Source: Ruminococcus sp.
GTDB lineage: Bacteria > Bacillota > Clostridia > Oscillospirales > Acutalibacteraceae
Assembly: GCA_022779485.1 (NCBI GenBank)
Contig: JALFTC010000013.1
Location: 34,240-98,239, forward strand
DNA length: 64,000 bases
Direction: 5' to 3'
This document shows positions 48,541 through 58,700 of this stretch, one piece after another. Position numbers and translations under genes: made by a program. Numbering within the stretch: the first letter of the stretch is position 1; every line of letters starts with the position of its first letter. The notes beneath the pieces are model-generated. The model worked only from the letters and a program-made list of their open reading frames with translations. It made no database searches and was not told the DNA's origin.

Positions 48541-49809
48541 ATGAGTGATTTTTTCTGGATTTTAAAAATCAAATTAAAGCGTATCGGTCTGTATGCCGGT
48601 ATCTTCATAAAGTGGCTTATCATCGCCTCAATCACAGGTGCATTGGGGGGTGCTGTGGGAACTGTATTTAACAAGGGTATATCCTATGTTACAGGTCTTC
48701 GTCAGGACTTCCCTTGGCTTTTGCTTTTTATGCCTGTTTTGGGACTTGTGATTGTTTTGATGTACGAAAAGGCAAACCTGTCCCGTGACGGAGGAACAAA
48801 CCTGATACTTCACTCCATAAGGCACCTTAAAGGCGTTCCCATTATTATTGCACCCTTGATTTTTGTCAGCACAATCGTTACCCATTTGGTGGGCGGTTCT
48901 GCCGGCAGAGAGGGTGCGGCACTTCAGCTTGGGGGAAGTATCGGCGCTCAGGTGGGAAAAATTTTCCGCCTTGATGTAAAGGATATGAATGTTGCGGTAA
49001 TGTGCGGAATGGGTGCATTGTTTTCAGCCCTTTTCGGCACTCCGCTTACAGCAGCTTTCTTTGCAATGGAGGTAATTGCCGTTGGGGTGCTGTACTATTC
49101 CGCATTTGTACCCTGCGTTGTGTCAAGCCTTGTTGCCTACGCAATGAGCTGTGTGCTTGGGGGAGTATCTGATAATTATGTTTCACCAAAAGTACCCGAT
49201 TTATCCCCTGTTCATATGCTTCAGGTAGGTGTACTTGCAATTTTGTGTGCATTTATCAGCATACTTTTTTGCCTTGCATTAAAATATTCAAAAGAGGGCG
49301 CTCAAAAGCTAATAAAAAACCCCTACATTCGTATGCTTGCAGGCGGTGTGTTCTTTATACTCCTTGTTGTGATTTTCGGTGATAAATACACCGGTCTTGG
49401 AACAGGTGTAATAGACGGCGCTGTTAACCATGGGAATGCAACATATTACGACTTTTTGCTTAAAATTGTCTTTACCGCAGTGACTATGGCTATCGGCTTT
49501 AAGGGTGGCGAGATTGTTCCAACCATATTTATCGGCTCAACCTTTGGCTGTGCTGTTGCACCTCTTTTGGGGCTTAACACTGCATTTGGTGCGTGTATCG
49601 GTGTGGTTGCAGTATTTTGCGGAGTTGTAAACTGTCCAATCGCATCGGTAATGCTTAGTGTAGAGCTGTTTGGCAGTGAGGGTATTGCGTTCTTTGTTGT
49701 TGCGGTGTGCATAAGCTATATGCTTTCGGGATATTACAGCATATACAGCAGTCAGCGATTTGCATACAGCAAGCTACACGCCGAATATGTAAATATGAAA
49801 GCAAACTAA
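48541..49809 (+). CDS. CLC family anion channel/antiporter with CLC-F (fluoride exporter)-like signatures
   Basis: GTNLI, GREGA and GGEIVP in place of canonical GSGIP/GREGP/GxFxP. Confidence 0.8.
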   Translation: MSDFFWILKIKLKRIGLYAGIFIKWLIIASITGALGGAVGTVFNKGISYVTGLRQDFPWLLLFMPVLGLVIVLMYEKANLSRDGGTNLILHSIRHLKGVPIIIAPLIFVSTIVTHLVGGSAGREGAALQLGGSIGAQVGKIFRLDVKDMNVAVMCGMGALFSALFGTPLTAAFFAMEVIAVGVLYYSAFVPCVVSSLVAYAMSCVLGGVSDNYVSPKVPDLSPVHMLQVGVLAILCAFISILFCLALKYSKEGAQKLIKNPYIRMLAGGVFFILLVVIFGDKYTGLGTGVIDGAVNHGNATYYDFLLKIVFTAVTMAIGFKGGEIVPTIFIGSTFGCAVAPLLGLNTAFGACIGVVAVFCGVVNCPIASVMLSVELFGSEGIAFFVVAVCISYMLSGYYSIYSSQRFAYSKLHAEYVNMKAN

Positions 49810-49842
49810 TATATATAAGAAAGAGAAAAGGAGAGAGAAGAA

Positions 49843-50565
49843 ATGATTAAGAATATATTTTTCGACCTTGACGGAACTATGCTCCCCATGGATATGGAAA
49901 AATTTATGAAACTGTACTTTACTTCCTTGGCAGAGGCTGTTTGCCCCTATGTGGGTATTTCTCCAAAGACATTGCAAAAGTCTGTTTTGGCAGGCCTTGA
50001 GGAGATGTACAAGAATGACGGCTCAATAACAAACAAGATGTGCTTTTGGAACAAGGTTGCTACCATTGTGGGGCCGGATATTATCAATCAAATCCCTGTT
50101 TTCAACGGATATTACGAAAACGAGTTTATACTCACCAAGGAGGCAACCTCGGAAAGTCCATATCCGCAAAAGATTGTGGAGGTGCTGAAAAACAAGGGAT
50201 ACACCTTGGTTATGGCGACTAACCCATTTTTTCCAAGGGTTGCAACTGAGAGGAGAGTAAAGTGGGCAGGTCTTAACAAGGATGATTTTAAGGTAATCAC
50301 CACATATGAAACATCAAAGTACACAAAGCCTAACCCAAATTATTTTACCGAAACCTGTAAAATGGCTGATTGTCTGCCGGAGGAAACACTTATGGTGGGC
50401 AATGATGTTGACGAGGATATGAGCAGTAGTAAAATCGGTATGGACACATACCTTGTAACGGACGACCTTATCAACAGGCACAACGCAGACATTTCCTCAT
50501 ACAAAAAGGGAAGCTTAAAGGACTTTTACGAATTTTGCTGTGAGCTTCCAAGCCTAAAGGATTAG
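49843..50565 (+). CDS. HAD family hydrolase
   Basis: FDLDGTM, ATNP, KPNPNYF, MVGNDVDED. Confidence 0.8.
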   Translation: MIKNIFFDLDGTMLPMDMEKFMKLYFTSLAEAVCPYVGISPKTLQKSVLAGLEEMYKNDGSITNKMCFWNKVATIVGPDIINQIPVFNGYYENEFILTKEATSESPYPQKIVEVLKNKGYTLVMATNPFFPRVATERRVKWAGLNKDDFKVITTYETSKYTKPNPNYFTETCKMADCLPEETLMVGNDVDEDMSSSKIGMDTYLVTDDLINRHNADISSYKKGSLKDFYEFCCELPSLKD

Positions 50566-50629
50566 AGAAACACACAAGAAAAATTTTGCTTGTGAAAACT
50601 ATGACGGATAAGAAAATGGAGAACATAAA

Positions 50630-51433
50630 ATGAAATACGATTTAATTGCCCTTGATATGGACGGCACTCTGTGTAATGACGAGAAGGAAATTCCACAGGA
50701 AAATATTGACGCTATTATAGAAATGCAAAAAATGGGAAAGACTGTGGCTGTTGTAACAGGCAGACCGGAAAGCGGTATTTTGCCCTTTATTCAGGAATTA
50801 AGGCTAAAGGACTTTGGAGGTTATGTGGTTTCCTACAACGGCGGAAGAATTTACAGTGTAAAGAAAGACAAAATTCTCTACAACTGTCCTTTTCCAAAGG
50901 AGTATTTGAAGGAAATTTTTGATATAGTTGGTGACAGCAGTATCACAGTAACATCACCTCTTGATAAAAAGATTGTGGCAGGTAACAGCCTTAACGATTA
51001 CTCCTACACAGAGGCAAACATTGTGGGACTTCCCTTTGAATTTTTTGACGACTTTGTAAATCTTGATGTGGAAATGAACAAGCTACTCCTTGTTGGCGAC
51101 CCTGTTGTTATCGAAAAATATCTCCCTGTTTTGCAAAAGACATTTGAGCCAAGGCTACATGTGTTTTTAAGTGAGCCTTTCTTCCTTGAAATCACCCCTG
51201 CAAATGTAAACAAAGGTGAGGGACTACACTCACTTGCCAAAATAACAGGTATTCCTGTGTCAAAAATGGTTGCAATGGGTGACAGCTACAACGATATTGA
51301 AATGCTTAGAGAGGCTGGACTTGGCGTTGCAATGAAGAATTGCAAGGAAGGTGTGGAAAAGTATGCCGACATCACCACAGTTACAAATAATGAATGTGGT
51401 GTAGCAAAAATCATAAGGGAATATATTATTTAG
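50630..51433 (+). CDS. Cof-type HAD-IIB hydrolase
   Basis: LDMDGTL, VTGRP, NKGEGL, GDSYNDIEML, GVAM. Confidence 0.88.
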   Translation: MKYDLIALDMDGTLCNDEKEIPQENIDAIIEMQKMGKTVAVVTGRPESGILPFIQELRLKDFGGYVVSYNGGRIYSVKKDKILYNCPFPKEYLKEIFDIVGDSSITVTSPLDKKIVAGNSLNDYSYTEANIVGLPFEFFDDFVNLDVEMNKLLLVGDPVVIEKYLPVLQKTFEPRLHVFLSEPFFLEITPANVNKGEGLHSLAKITGIPVSKMVAMGDSYNDIEMLREAGLGVAMKNCKEGVEKYADITTVTNNECGVAKIIREYII

Positions 51434-51508
51434 CCATTTTTTATTCATACATTATTCACAAGTTGGGGAATATAGCCAAAAACAGAGTCAAAAAATTGGC
51501 ACTGCAAA

Positions 51509-51548
51509 CAGATTAATTTTCTTTTAAAGAAAATTAATCTGTTTTTTT
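51509..51548 (+). terminator. Long AT-rich hairpin with a T-tract
   Basis: CAGATTAATTTTCTTT / AAAGAAAATTAATCTG followed by T7. Confidence 0.6.
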
Positions 51549-51584
51549 CATTATATAATCTAAATGTATAAGATTGTATTTATA

Positions 51585-51736
51585 CTAATACCTAATAAAA
51601 AGCAGACAATCTTTGCGGTCTAATTTCCAGAGTACTGCGTTGTTGTCCTTGCAAGGCGTCAGCCTTGCGGCGTCCTCCGCCTTGTCCTCTGAAAATTATC
51701 CTCGCAAATATTAGTCTACTTTCTATCAGATATTAG
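51585..51736. mobile_element. 152-bp MITE-like element with imperfect ~25-bp TIRs, flanked by TA on both sides
   Basis: Left CTAATACCTAATAAAAAGCAGAC vs reverse complement of right end CTAATATCTGATAGAAAGTAGAC; internal palindrome GCAAGGCGTCAGCCTTGC; TA at 51583-84 and 51737-38. Confidence 0.65.
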
Positions 51737-51758
51737 TAATAAAAAGGAGAATGTAGCT

Positions 51759-53990
51759 ATGAAAAAACTTACTGCAATCCTTATGGTTCTTGTTTTGGCA
51801 TTGTCAGTTGCCGGTGTTTCGGTTTCTGCCGCACAGACAAGCAATCAATCAAGCGGTGCTACGGGCATAACAGTCCACTATTACACAGAAAAGGGTACTC
51901 CAAGTGTTTACTACTGGAACTCTCTTCCAAGTAATATTTCAACAGACTATCCCGGTCCTAAGATGACAAGCGAGGGTAACAACTACTACAAGTACACCTT
52001 TAGCAGTGTTACAAAGATTAACCTACAGTTTGTTGACAGTGACGGAACACAGAGTGCAGAGCTCACAAGAAACACAGACAACGGTAACAATGAATTTTGG
52101 TACAAAAACAGCCGTTGGTTCAACAAGGTTCCAACTGATGCAGATGTAGAGAGAACAGACCTTCGTGAGGACAGTATCTACTTCATAATCACATCAAGAT
52201 TTTATGACGGTGACACAAGCAACAATGTTCACTGCTGGGATGACGGACAGGCAAACAACCCCGACTCCGACCCTGCTTGGCGTGGCGACTTTAAGGGATT
52301 AATTCAAAAGCTTGACTACATCAAGGCACTTGGTTTCTCCGCTATTTGGATTACACCTGTTGTTGAAAATGCATCAGGCTATGACTACCATGGCTACCAC
52401 GCATTTGACTTCAGCAAGGTTGACCCAAGATACGAGTCAAGCGACACTACATATCAGGACCTTATTGACGCAGCTCACGAAAAGGGTCTGAAAATCGTAC
52501 AGGATGTTGTTTGGAACCACACAGGTAACTTTGGTGAGGCTTTCCTTGCACCAATGTTTACAAAGGATTACAGCAAACTTGACTCTGTTGACTGTATGAA
52601 GACAATTCCCGGATCAGTATTTGAAAAAACTGCTCCCGGCTATGACAGTATGCTGCCGGGCTACCAGTATCAGGCAAGACTTGCTGTTATGAAAGAGGAT
52701 GCAAACGACACCAACCATTACTATCACCACGACAAGTCCATGAGTTACGGCTCATCTGCTGAGCAGACAGGACAGATGGCAGGTGACTGCGTTGATATTA
52801 ATACAGAAAATCCGATAGTTGCAAAATATATTACAGATTGCTACAAACAGTATGTTGATATGGGTGTTGACGCTTTCCGTATGGATACAGAAAAGCACAT
52901 CAACCGTTGGACACTTAACAGCGCTTATTTCCCTGTATTTACAGCATACAAGAACTTCCACATCTTTGGTGAGGTGTGTGCAAGATACCACGGCGCATAC
53001 AACGAGGGCGGTTCCTCCGACTCCTGCTTCTTCTACACCTGGAAAGAAACAGACAGCGCTTGGCAGAACAACTGGAGCAACTCCGGTTGGGAATCAAACT
53101 ATACCAACGCTATAAAGCACTTCGGGGCTTACCAGAACAGAGCTTTCCCAGAAAAAAGCACAAACGCAAGTCTTGACGGTATTAATTACCACACACCTGA
53201 CTACAGCAAGGCAAACGGAACAAGTACAATCGACTTCCCAATGCACTGGGCATTTAGGAATGCAGGTGAGGCTTACAGAGCAGCCTGTAGTGAGGATTCC
53301 CTGTACAATGACGCAACATGGGCAGTAACCTATGTTGACTCCCACGACTACGGTCCTGACGGACAGGAAAAGACCCGTTATCAGGGCGGTGCGCAGGCTT
53401 GGGCAGAGAATATGAACCTTATGTTCACATTCCGTGGTATTCCTTGTATTTACTACGGTTCTGAAATCGAGTTTAAGAAGGATGTTCCAATTGATGTTGG
53501 CCCTAACGCACCACTCGAAAAGACAGGTCGTGCATACTTTGGTACAAACCTTGAGGGTACTGTTTCTGCAAGTGATTACGGCAAGTATACAGCAAGCGGT
53601 ACAGTAGCATCCACACTTAATGCTCCCCTTTCCAAGCACCTTTCAAAGCTTAACCAAATCAGACGAGCAATCCCTGCACTTCAAAAGGGTCAGTACACAA
53701 ATTCTTCCAACTATGTTAGCGGAGATATGGCATATATCAGAAGATACACAAGTGCTGACGAGGGCGATTCACTTGCTTGTGTAGCGCTAAGCGGTAGTGC
53801 AACATTCAAGAATATTCCTAACGGTACATACATTGACGCTGTAACAGGCGACCAAAAGACTGTAACAAACGGTACACTTTCAGTCAGCGGTATCGGACAG
53901 GGCAATATGAGAGTATATGTATGCTGTGCATCAGGCTTTAACGGAATTTCCGGAGCAGTTGGCGAAACAGATCTTACATACCTCAAATAA
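51759..53990 (+). CDS. Secreted GH13 alpha-amylase with an N-terminal starch-binding module
   Basis: Signal peptide; VYYWN..DYPG CBM-like module; GDFKGL, DAFRMDT, GEV, VDSHD. Confidence 0.85.
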   Translation: MKKLTAILMVLVLALSVAGVSVSAAQTSNQSSGATGITVHYYTEKGTPSVYYWNSLPSNISTDYPGPKMTSEGNNYYKYTFSSVTKINLQFVDSDGTQSAELTRNTDNGNNEFWYKNSRWFNKVPTDADVERTDLREDSIYFIITSRFYDGDTSNNVHCWDDGQANNPDSDPAWRGDFKGLIQKLDYIKALGFSAIWITPVVENASGYDYHGYHAFDFSKVDPRYESSDTTYQDLIDAAHEKGLKIVQDVVWNHTGNFGEAFLAPMFTKDYSKLDSVDCMKTIPGSVFEKTAPGYDSMLPGYQYQARLAVMKEDANDTNHYYHHDKSMSYGSSAEQTGQMAGDCVDINTENPIVAKYITDCYKQYVDMGVDAFRMDTEKHINRWTLNSAYFPVFTAYKNFHIFGEVCARYHGAYNEGGSSDSCFFYTWKETDSAWQNNWSNSGWESNYTNAIKHFGAYQNRAFPEKSTNASLDGINYHTPDYSKANGTSTIDFPMHWAFRNAGEAYRAACSEDSLYNDATWAVTYVDSHDYGPDGQEKTRYQGGAQAWAENMNLMFTFRGIPCIYYGSEIEFKKDVPIDVGPNAPLEKTGRAYFGTNLEGTVSASDYGKYTASGTVASTLNAPLSKHLSKLNQIRRAIPALQKGQYTNSSNYVSGDMAYIRRYTSADEGDSLACVALSGSATFKNIPNGTYIDAVTGDQKTVTNGTLSVSGIGQGNMRVYVCCASGFNGISGAVGETDLTYLK

Positions 53991-54051
53991 TTGTTGAATT
54001 GGAACAAATACAGTAACTATGTAATTTTCATTTCTCAAAAATATTTCTCAA

Positions 54052-54092
54052 AAGAAAACCGAGTAATCCATTTTGGATTACTCGGTTCTTTA
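54052..54092. terminator. Bidirectional terminator
   Basis: AACCGAGTAATCCA/TGGATTACTCGGTT between the convergent amylase gene and valS. Confidence 0.8.
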
Positions 54093-54116
54093 TGTTGCAT
54101 CTTATTTTATTGCATT

Positions 54117-56744
54117 TTATTTTAGGGATTCAATGGCTGTGTTGATTAGGGCGATTTTTTCCCTTTCTTTTTCAGCCTGTGACTTGATTTTTTCAATAAC
54201 CTTTTCAGGGGCTTTTGACATAAAGCCGGGGTTGTTCAGCTTGCCCTCGTCCTGTGCAAGCATTTTTTCAACCTGTTTTAGCTCTTTGTTAAGTCTTGCA
54301 AGCTCTGCCTCTTTGTCAACAAGCTCTTCCATAGGAATATAAATCTTTGCATCCCCGGTGACAACTGTAACTGCACCCTCAATTTCAAATGCGTCACCAA
54401 TTTCTACACCGCTTGCAGACGCAAGTTTTTCAAAGAATTTAACTCCCTGACTAAATGTATCAGGTGTTGCAGTGGCTATAAACAGCTTTGCTTTCTTTGA
54501 CGGAGGAACATTCATCTCGTTTCTTTGGGTACGAATTGCTGTGATTGCCTCCATTACCTTCATCATATCCTGTGCTTCCGTTGAGAAGTTAAGGCTTTCG
54601 TCATACTGAGGATATTCCTCAAGCATAATTGTCTTGCCCTCAGTTTCGTGTGGAATTGTCTGCCAAATTTCCTCTGTGATAAAGGGCATAAATGGGTGGA
54701 GTAGCTTTAGCATTTTGTCAAGGACAAAGATAAGTACCTGACGGGCATTTTGTGCTGTTTCGCCCTCGCTTTGAAGTCTTGCCTTGCAAAGCTCAATGTA
54801 CCAGTCGCAGTAGCTGTTCCAAATAAAGTCGTAAATCTTTGAAAGTGCTATACCAAGTTCAAACTTTTCAAGGTTTTCGTTAACCTCTTTTGCCACATTG
54901 TTAAGTGTGTGCAAAATCCACTTGTCCTCTGTTTCCAGCTTTTCAGGAAGTTTATTTTCAACATCATAGTCGTCAATGTTCATATGAACAAAACGGCTGG
55001 CGTTCCACAGCTTGTTGGCAAAGTTCCTGCAAGCCTCAACTCTCTTTTCGGAATATCTCATATCATTTCCCGGTGAGTTACCTGTGGCGAGGAACATTCT
55101 AAGTGCGTCTGCACCGTACTGGTCAATAACAAGCAGCGGGTCAATGCCGTTGCCAAGGGATTTACTCATTTTAACACCGTTTTCGTCACGAACAATACCG
55201 TGAATGAATACTGTGTCAAAGGGCTGACTGTCCATCTGTTCAACAGAGCTGAAAATCATCCTTGCAACCCAGAAGAATATAATGTCGTAGCCTGTTACAA
55301 GTGTGTTTGTAGGGAAGTAGTAGTCAAGCTCAGGAGTTTTCTCAGGCCAGCCGAGAGTTGAGAAAGGCCATAGTGCCGAGCTGAACCAAGTGTCAAGTGT
55401 GTCCTCATCCTGATGCAGATGTGTACATCCGCACTTAGGACATTTTTCCGGTGCAGTTTTTGCAACAACAATTTCTCCGCACTCATCACAGTAGTAGGCA
55501 GGAATTCTGTGTCCCCACCAAAGCTGACGGGAAATACACCAGTCACGAATGTTCTCCATCCAGTGGTAGTAAATCTTATCAAAACGCTCGGGAACAAACT
55601 TTGTCTTACCGCTTTTTACACATTCAATGGCAGGACCTGCAAGCTCGCTCATTTTTACAAACCACTGCATAGAAACCCTTGGTTCAACTGTGCTGTGGCA
55701 TCTGTAACAGGTGCCAACATTGTGGTCGTGCTTTTCTACTCTTACAAGGTAACCGCCCTCGTCCAAATCCTTGACGATGGCCTCTCTTGCCTCGTATCTG
55801 TCCATACCCGCATATTTTGGGTAATCCTCAACGATTTTTGCGTCATCTGTCATAACATTGATAACAGGCAAATTGTGTCTTAAACCAACCTGAAAGTCGT
55901 TAGGGTCGTGAGCAGGAGTGATTTTAACAACACCTGTACCAAATTCAATGTCAACATAGCTGTCGGCAACAATGGGAATTTCTCTGCCCACAAGTGGAAG
56001 TGTGAGGGTTTTGCCAACAAGGTGCTTGTATCTGTCGTCATCAGGGTTAACAGCAACGGCTGTGTCGCCCAAAAGTGTTTCAGGTCTTGTAGTGGCAAGT
56101 TCAAGGTATCCGCTACCGTCTGTGAGAGGATAGCGAAGATGCCAAAAGTGACCTGCCTGCTCCTCAAACTCAACCTCTGCGTCAGAGATAGAAGTACAGC
56201 AGTGAGGACACCAGTTGATGATTCTTTCCCCTCGGTAGATTAAGCCCTTTTCGTAAAGGCGGATGAAAACCTCTTTAACAGCCTCGGAGCAACCCTCGTC
56301 CATAGTAAAGCGTTCTCTTTCCCAGTCACAGGAGGAACCCATCTTTTTAAGCTGACTTACAATTCTTCCGCCGTATTCCTTTTTCCAGTCCCAGGCTCTT
56401 TCAAGGAACTTTTCTCTGCCGATATCCTCTTTGGAGATGCCTTCCTTTCTCATAGCCTCAACAATTTTTGCCTCGGTTGCAATACTTGCGTGGTCTGTGC
56501 CGGGTAGCCAAAGTGCGGAATAACCCTCCATTCTTCTCCAGCGGATAAGAATATCCTGCAAGGTGTTGTCAAGGGCATGTCCCATATGGAGCTGACCTGT
56601 AATGTTTGGCGGTGGCATTACAATAGTGTAAGGCTTTTTGTCCTTGTCCACCTCCGCGTGAAAGTAGTTGCCCTCCAGCCAAAAGTCATATATTTTGTCT
56701 TCAACCTCTTTAGGGTTGTAGGCTTTAGCCATTTCTTTAGCCAT
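54117..56744 (-). CDS. valS: Valyl-tRNA synthetase
   Basis: [35 protein letters not shown]-terminal coiled coil. Confidence 0.97.
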   Translation of the reverse strand: MAKEMAKAYNPKEVEDKIYDFWLEGNYFHAEVDKDKKPYTIVMPPPNITGQLHMGHALDNTLQDILIRWRRMEGYSALWLPGTDHASIATEAKIVEAMRKEGISKEDIGREKFLERAWDWKKEYGGRIVSQLKKMGSSCDWERERFTMDEGCSEAVKEVFIRLYEKGLIYRGERIINWCPHCCTSISDAEVEFEEQAGHFWHLRYPLTDGSGYLELATTRPETLLGDTAVAVNPDDDRYKHLVGKTLTLPLVGREIPIVADSYVDIEFGTGVVKITPAHDPNDFQVGLRHNLPVINVMTDDAKIVEDYPKYAGMDRYEAREAIVKDLDEGGYLVRVEKHDHNVGTCYRCHSTVEPRVSMQWFVKMSELAGPAIECVKSGKTKFVPERFDKIYYHWMENIRDWCISRQLWWGHRIPAYYCDECGEIVVAKTAPEKCPKCGCTHLHQDEDTLDTWFSSALWPFSTLGWPEKTPELDYYFPTNTLVTGYDIIFFWVARMIFSSVEQMDSQPFDTVFIHGIVRDENGVKMSKSLGNGIDPLLVIDQYGADALRMFLATGNSPGNDMRYSEKRVEACRNFANKLWNASRFVHMNIDDYDVENKLPEKLETEDKWILHTLNNVAKEVNENLEKFELGIALSKIYDFIWNSYCDWYIELCKARLQSEGETAQNARQVLIFVLDKMLKLLHPFMPFITEEIWQTIPHETEGKTIMLEEYPQYDESLNFSTEAQDMMKVMEAITAIRTQRNEMNVPPSKKAKLFIATATPDTFSQGVKFFEKLASASGVEIGDAFEIEGAVTVVTGDAKIYIPMEELVDKEAELARLNKELKQVEKMLAQDEGKLNNPGFMSKAPEKVIEKIKSQAEKEREKIALINTAIESLK

Positions 56745-56798
56745 AGCGTATTCTCCTTCATAGCTTAATATGTTAATAAGACATTAGTATTACATTCT

Positions 56799-56827
56799 AT
56801 TATCTCATTAATGAAAGAAATTGTCAA
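56799..56827 (-). promoter_or_regulatory. Putative valS promoter
   Basis: TTGACA-17 bp-GATAAT with a TG extension, about 50 nt before the ATG. Confidence 0.5.
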
Positions 56828-56869
56828 TTAAAACAGGGCAAAAATATGCACTGATTTTGTGGTGAGTTT

Positions 56870-57204
56870 GGAATGACAGAAGTAGACAGTTTTAGTTATA
56901 GAAAGCCTCCACCAGATGGGGGAGGGGGACCGCTTGCGGTGGAAGGAGGGAAAAAGTGTTCTTTTTATCTCTTTTTGTCTTTAGAAGATAGTGCGGTTAT
57001 ATATTCTGACTTAAACTTTATCATCTAAAGACATACCAAGATATATTGACTACTTTTTCACTCCCTCAGTCGACTTTGGCGACAGCTCCCTCATCCGAGG
57101 GAGCCTTTGTTAATTCCTTAATTTCATCTAACCTATTAGTGTCGTTCTATGCACGACAGCTTTCCTTTCAGATTCCTCGGTCACTTCGTTCCCTTGGAAT
57201 GACA
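56870..57204 (+). repeat. REP/BIME-like mosaic element, copy D
   Basis: Colinear with A/B/C; GGAATGACA at both ends. Confidence 0.85.
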
Positions 57205-57231
57205 GTGTGGTGCCGGTTATGACAGGGAAAG

Positions 57232-57258
57232 TAAAAACTCCCCTTATAATAAGGGGAG
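57232..57258 (-). terminator. Terminator of the fumarase-MBOAT operon
   Basis: CTCCCCTTA/TAAGGGGAG followed by T5 on the minus strand. Confidence 0.7.
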
Positions 57259-57284
57259 CCTGAAATAAACTATTCAGTGTTTCC

Positions 57285-58697
57285 TTAGAAATTAAAGTAA
57301 ATAAATGGATTGTAAGCGCCCTTTACGATGTAGCTTACAGATACCAAAAGTAATATGCATAGTCCAACGGTAGAAACAGCCACAATGACCGGATTGTCAC
57401 CCTTTGCCTTTAGTGAAAGATTTTTGAAAATCGGTGTGCTGACAAGGATGGCAATTACAAAGTACACAATATAGTTTAGTGCGTAGTAAATTGTGGTGTC
57501 GTCAATGAGATTTCCTCCGCCGAACATTGTGGCGAAGTATGCTCCGGCGTCACCTATGCTTTCTGCCCTAAACAGTACCCAACCCATTACAACAAAGAAC
57601 AGGGTGTAAATCCTGCGTAAAAGCTTCATTTTGTCGGGGTACTTCTTTTCCCAGCCAACAAGCTTTTCTATGGTCAAAAGCACAAAGTACATAAGACCCC
57701 AGCAAAGGAAGGTCCAGTTTGCGCCGTGCCAAATGCCTGTAAGGGACCACACAACAAACAGGTTAAACACAAGACGAGTCTTGCTCTTTACCCTTGAGCC
57801 GCCAAGTGGAAAATACACATAATCCCTGAACCATGTGCCAAGTGACATATGCCATCTGCGCCAAAATTCCGACACAGAAAGGCTGATGTAGGGGTAGTCA
57901 AAGTTTTCCAAAAAGTCAAAGCCAAACATCTTTCCAAGACCGATTGCCATATCGCTGTATCCGCCGAAGTCAAAGAAAATTTGGAATGTGTAGGCAATAG
58001 CACCTACCCAAGCCATAACAACTGTGAGTTCGCTGCTGGGCATATCAAAGGCATGGTCGGCAACCACAGCCATTGTGTTGGCAAGGAGTACCTTTTTGGC
58101 AAGACCTATAATAAATCTGCAAACACCCTCTGAGAATTTATCAAAGCTTTCTTTCCTGTGCTTGATTTGATATGCAACAGTTTCGTACCTTACAATAGGT
58201 CCGGCAATCAGCTGTGGGAAAAAGCTGATGTAAAGACCAACATTCAGTGGGTTTTTCTGAGCCTCGCCCTTTTCTCTGTACACATCAATTACATAGCTCA
58301 TTGCCTGAAATGTGAAAAAGCTTATGCCGATTGGCAGTACTATGTTTGGTACAGACAGGTGAAGTCCTGCTATTGAATTTATGTTTTCAATGGTGAACAT
58401 AAGGTATTTGAAGATGTAAAGCACACCAAGGTTGAACACAACCGTAAGCGCTATGACAAGCCTTGACTTTGCTTTGCTCTGTCTAAACTTATCCACCAAA
58501 AGTCCAAAGAGGTAGTTAACTATGATTGAAAGAATCATAATCAAAACATACTTTGGCTCACCCCAAGCGTAGAACAAAAGACTTGCCACAAGGAGCAAAA
58601 TGTTTTGCCCTGTTCTGAACTTTTTAAGCACTACATAGTACAGCAAAAGAACAGCCGGCAAAAATTCAAAAATAAAAACCGTACTTGCAAATAACAT
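57285..58697 (-). CDS. MBOAT family O-acyltransferase (AlgI/PatA-like)
   Basis: LPIGISFFTFQ, FFPQLIAGPI, DFGGYSDMAIG, EFWRRWHMSL, GIWHGA. Confidence 0.92.
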   Translation of the reverse strand: MLFASTVFIFEFLPAVLLLYYVVLKKFRTGQNILLLVASLLFYAWGEPKYVLIMILSIIVNYLFGLLVDKFRQSKAKSRLVIALTVVFNLGVLYIFKYLMFTIENINSIAGLHLSVPNIVLPIGISFFTFQAMSYVIDVYREKGEAQKNPLNVGLYISFFPQLIAGPIVRYETVAYQIKHRKESFDKFSEGVCRFIIGLAKKVLLANTMAVVADHAFDMPSSELTVVMAWVGAIAYTFQIFFDFGGYSDMAIGLGKMFGFDFLENFDYPYISLSVSEFWRRWHMSLGTWFRDYVYFPLGGSRVKSKTRLVFNLFVVWSLTGIWHGANWTFLCWGLMYFVLLTIEKLVGWEKKYPDKMKLLRRIYTLFFVVMGWVLFRAESIGDAGAYFATMFGGGNLIDDTTIYYALNYIVYFVIAILVSTPIFKNLSLKAKGDNPVIVAVSTVGLCILLLVSVSYIVKGAYNPFIYFNF

Positions 58698-58700
58698 AAT

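Noticed and set aside
48527-48545. GGGAGATGGAAC resembling the start of a fluoride riboswitch
   Set aside because: Lacks the downstream pairing and pseudoknot; it is the RBS region 10-20 nt after the -10 box.
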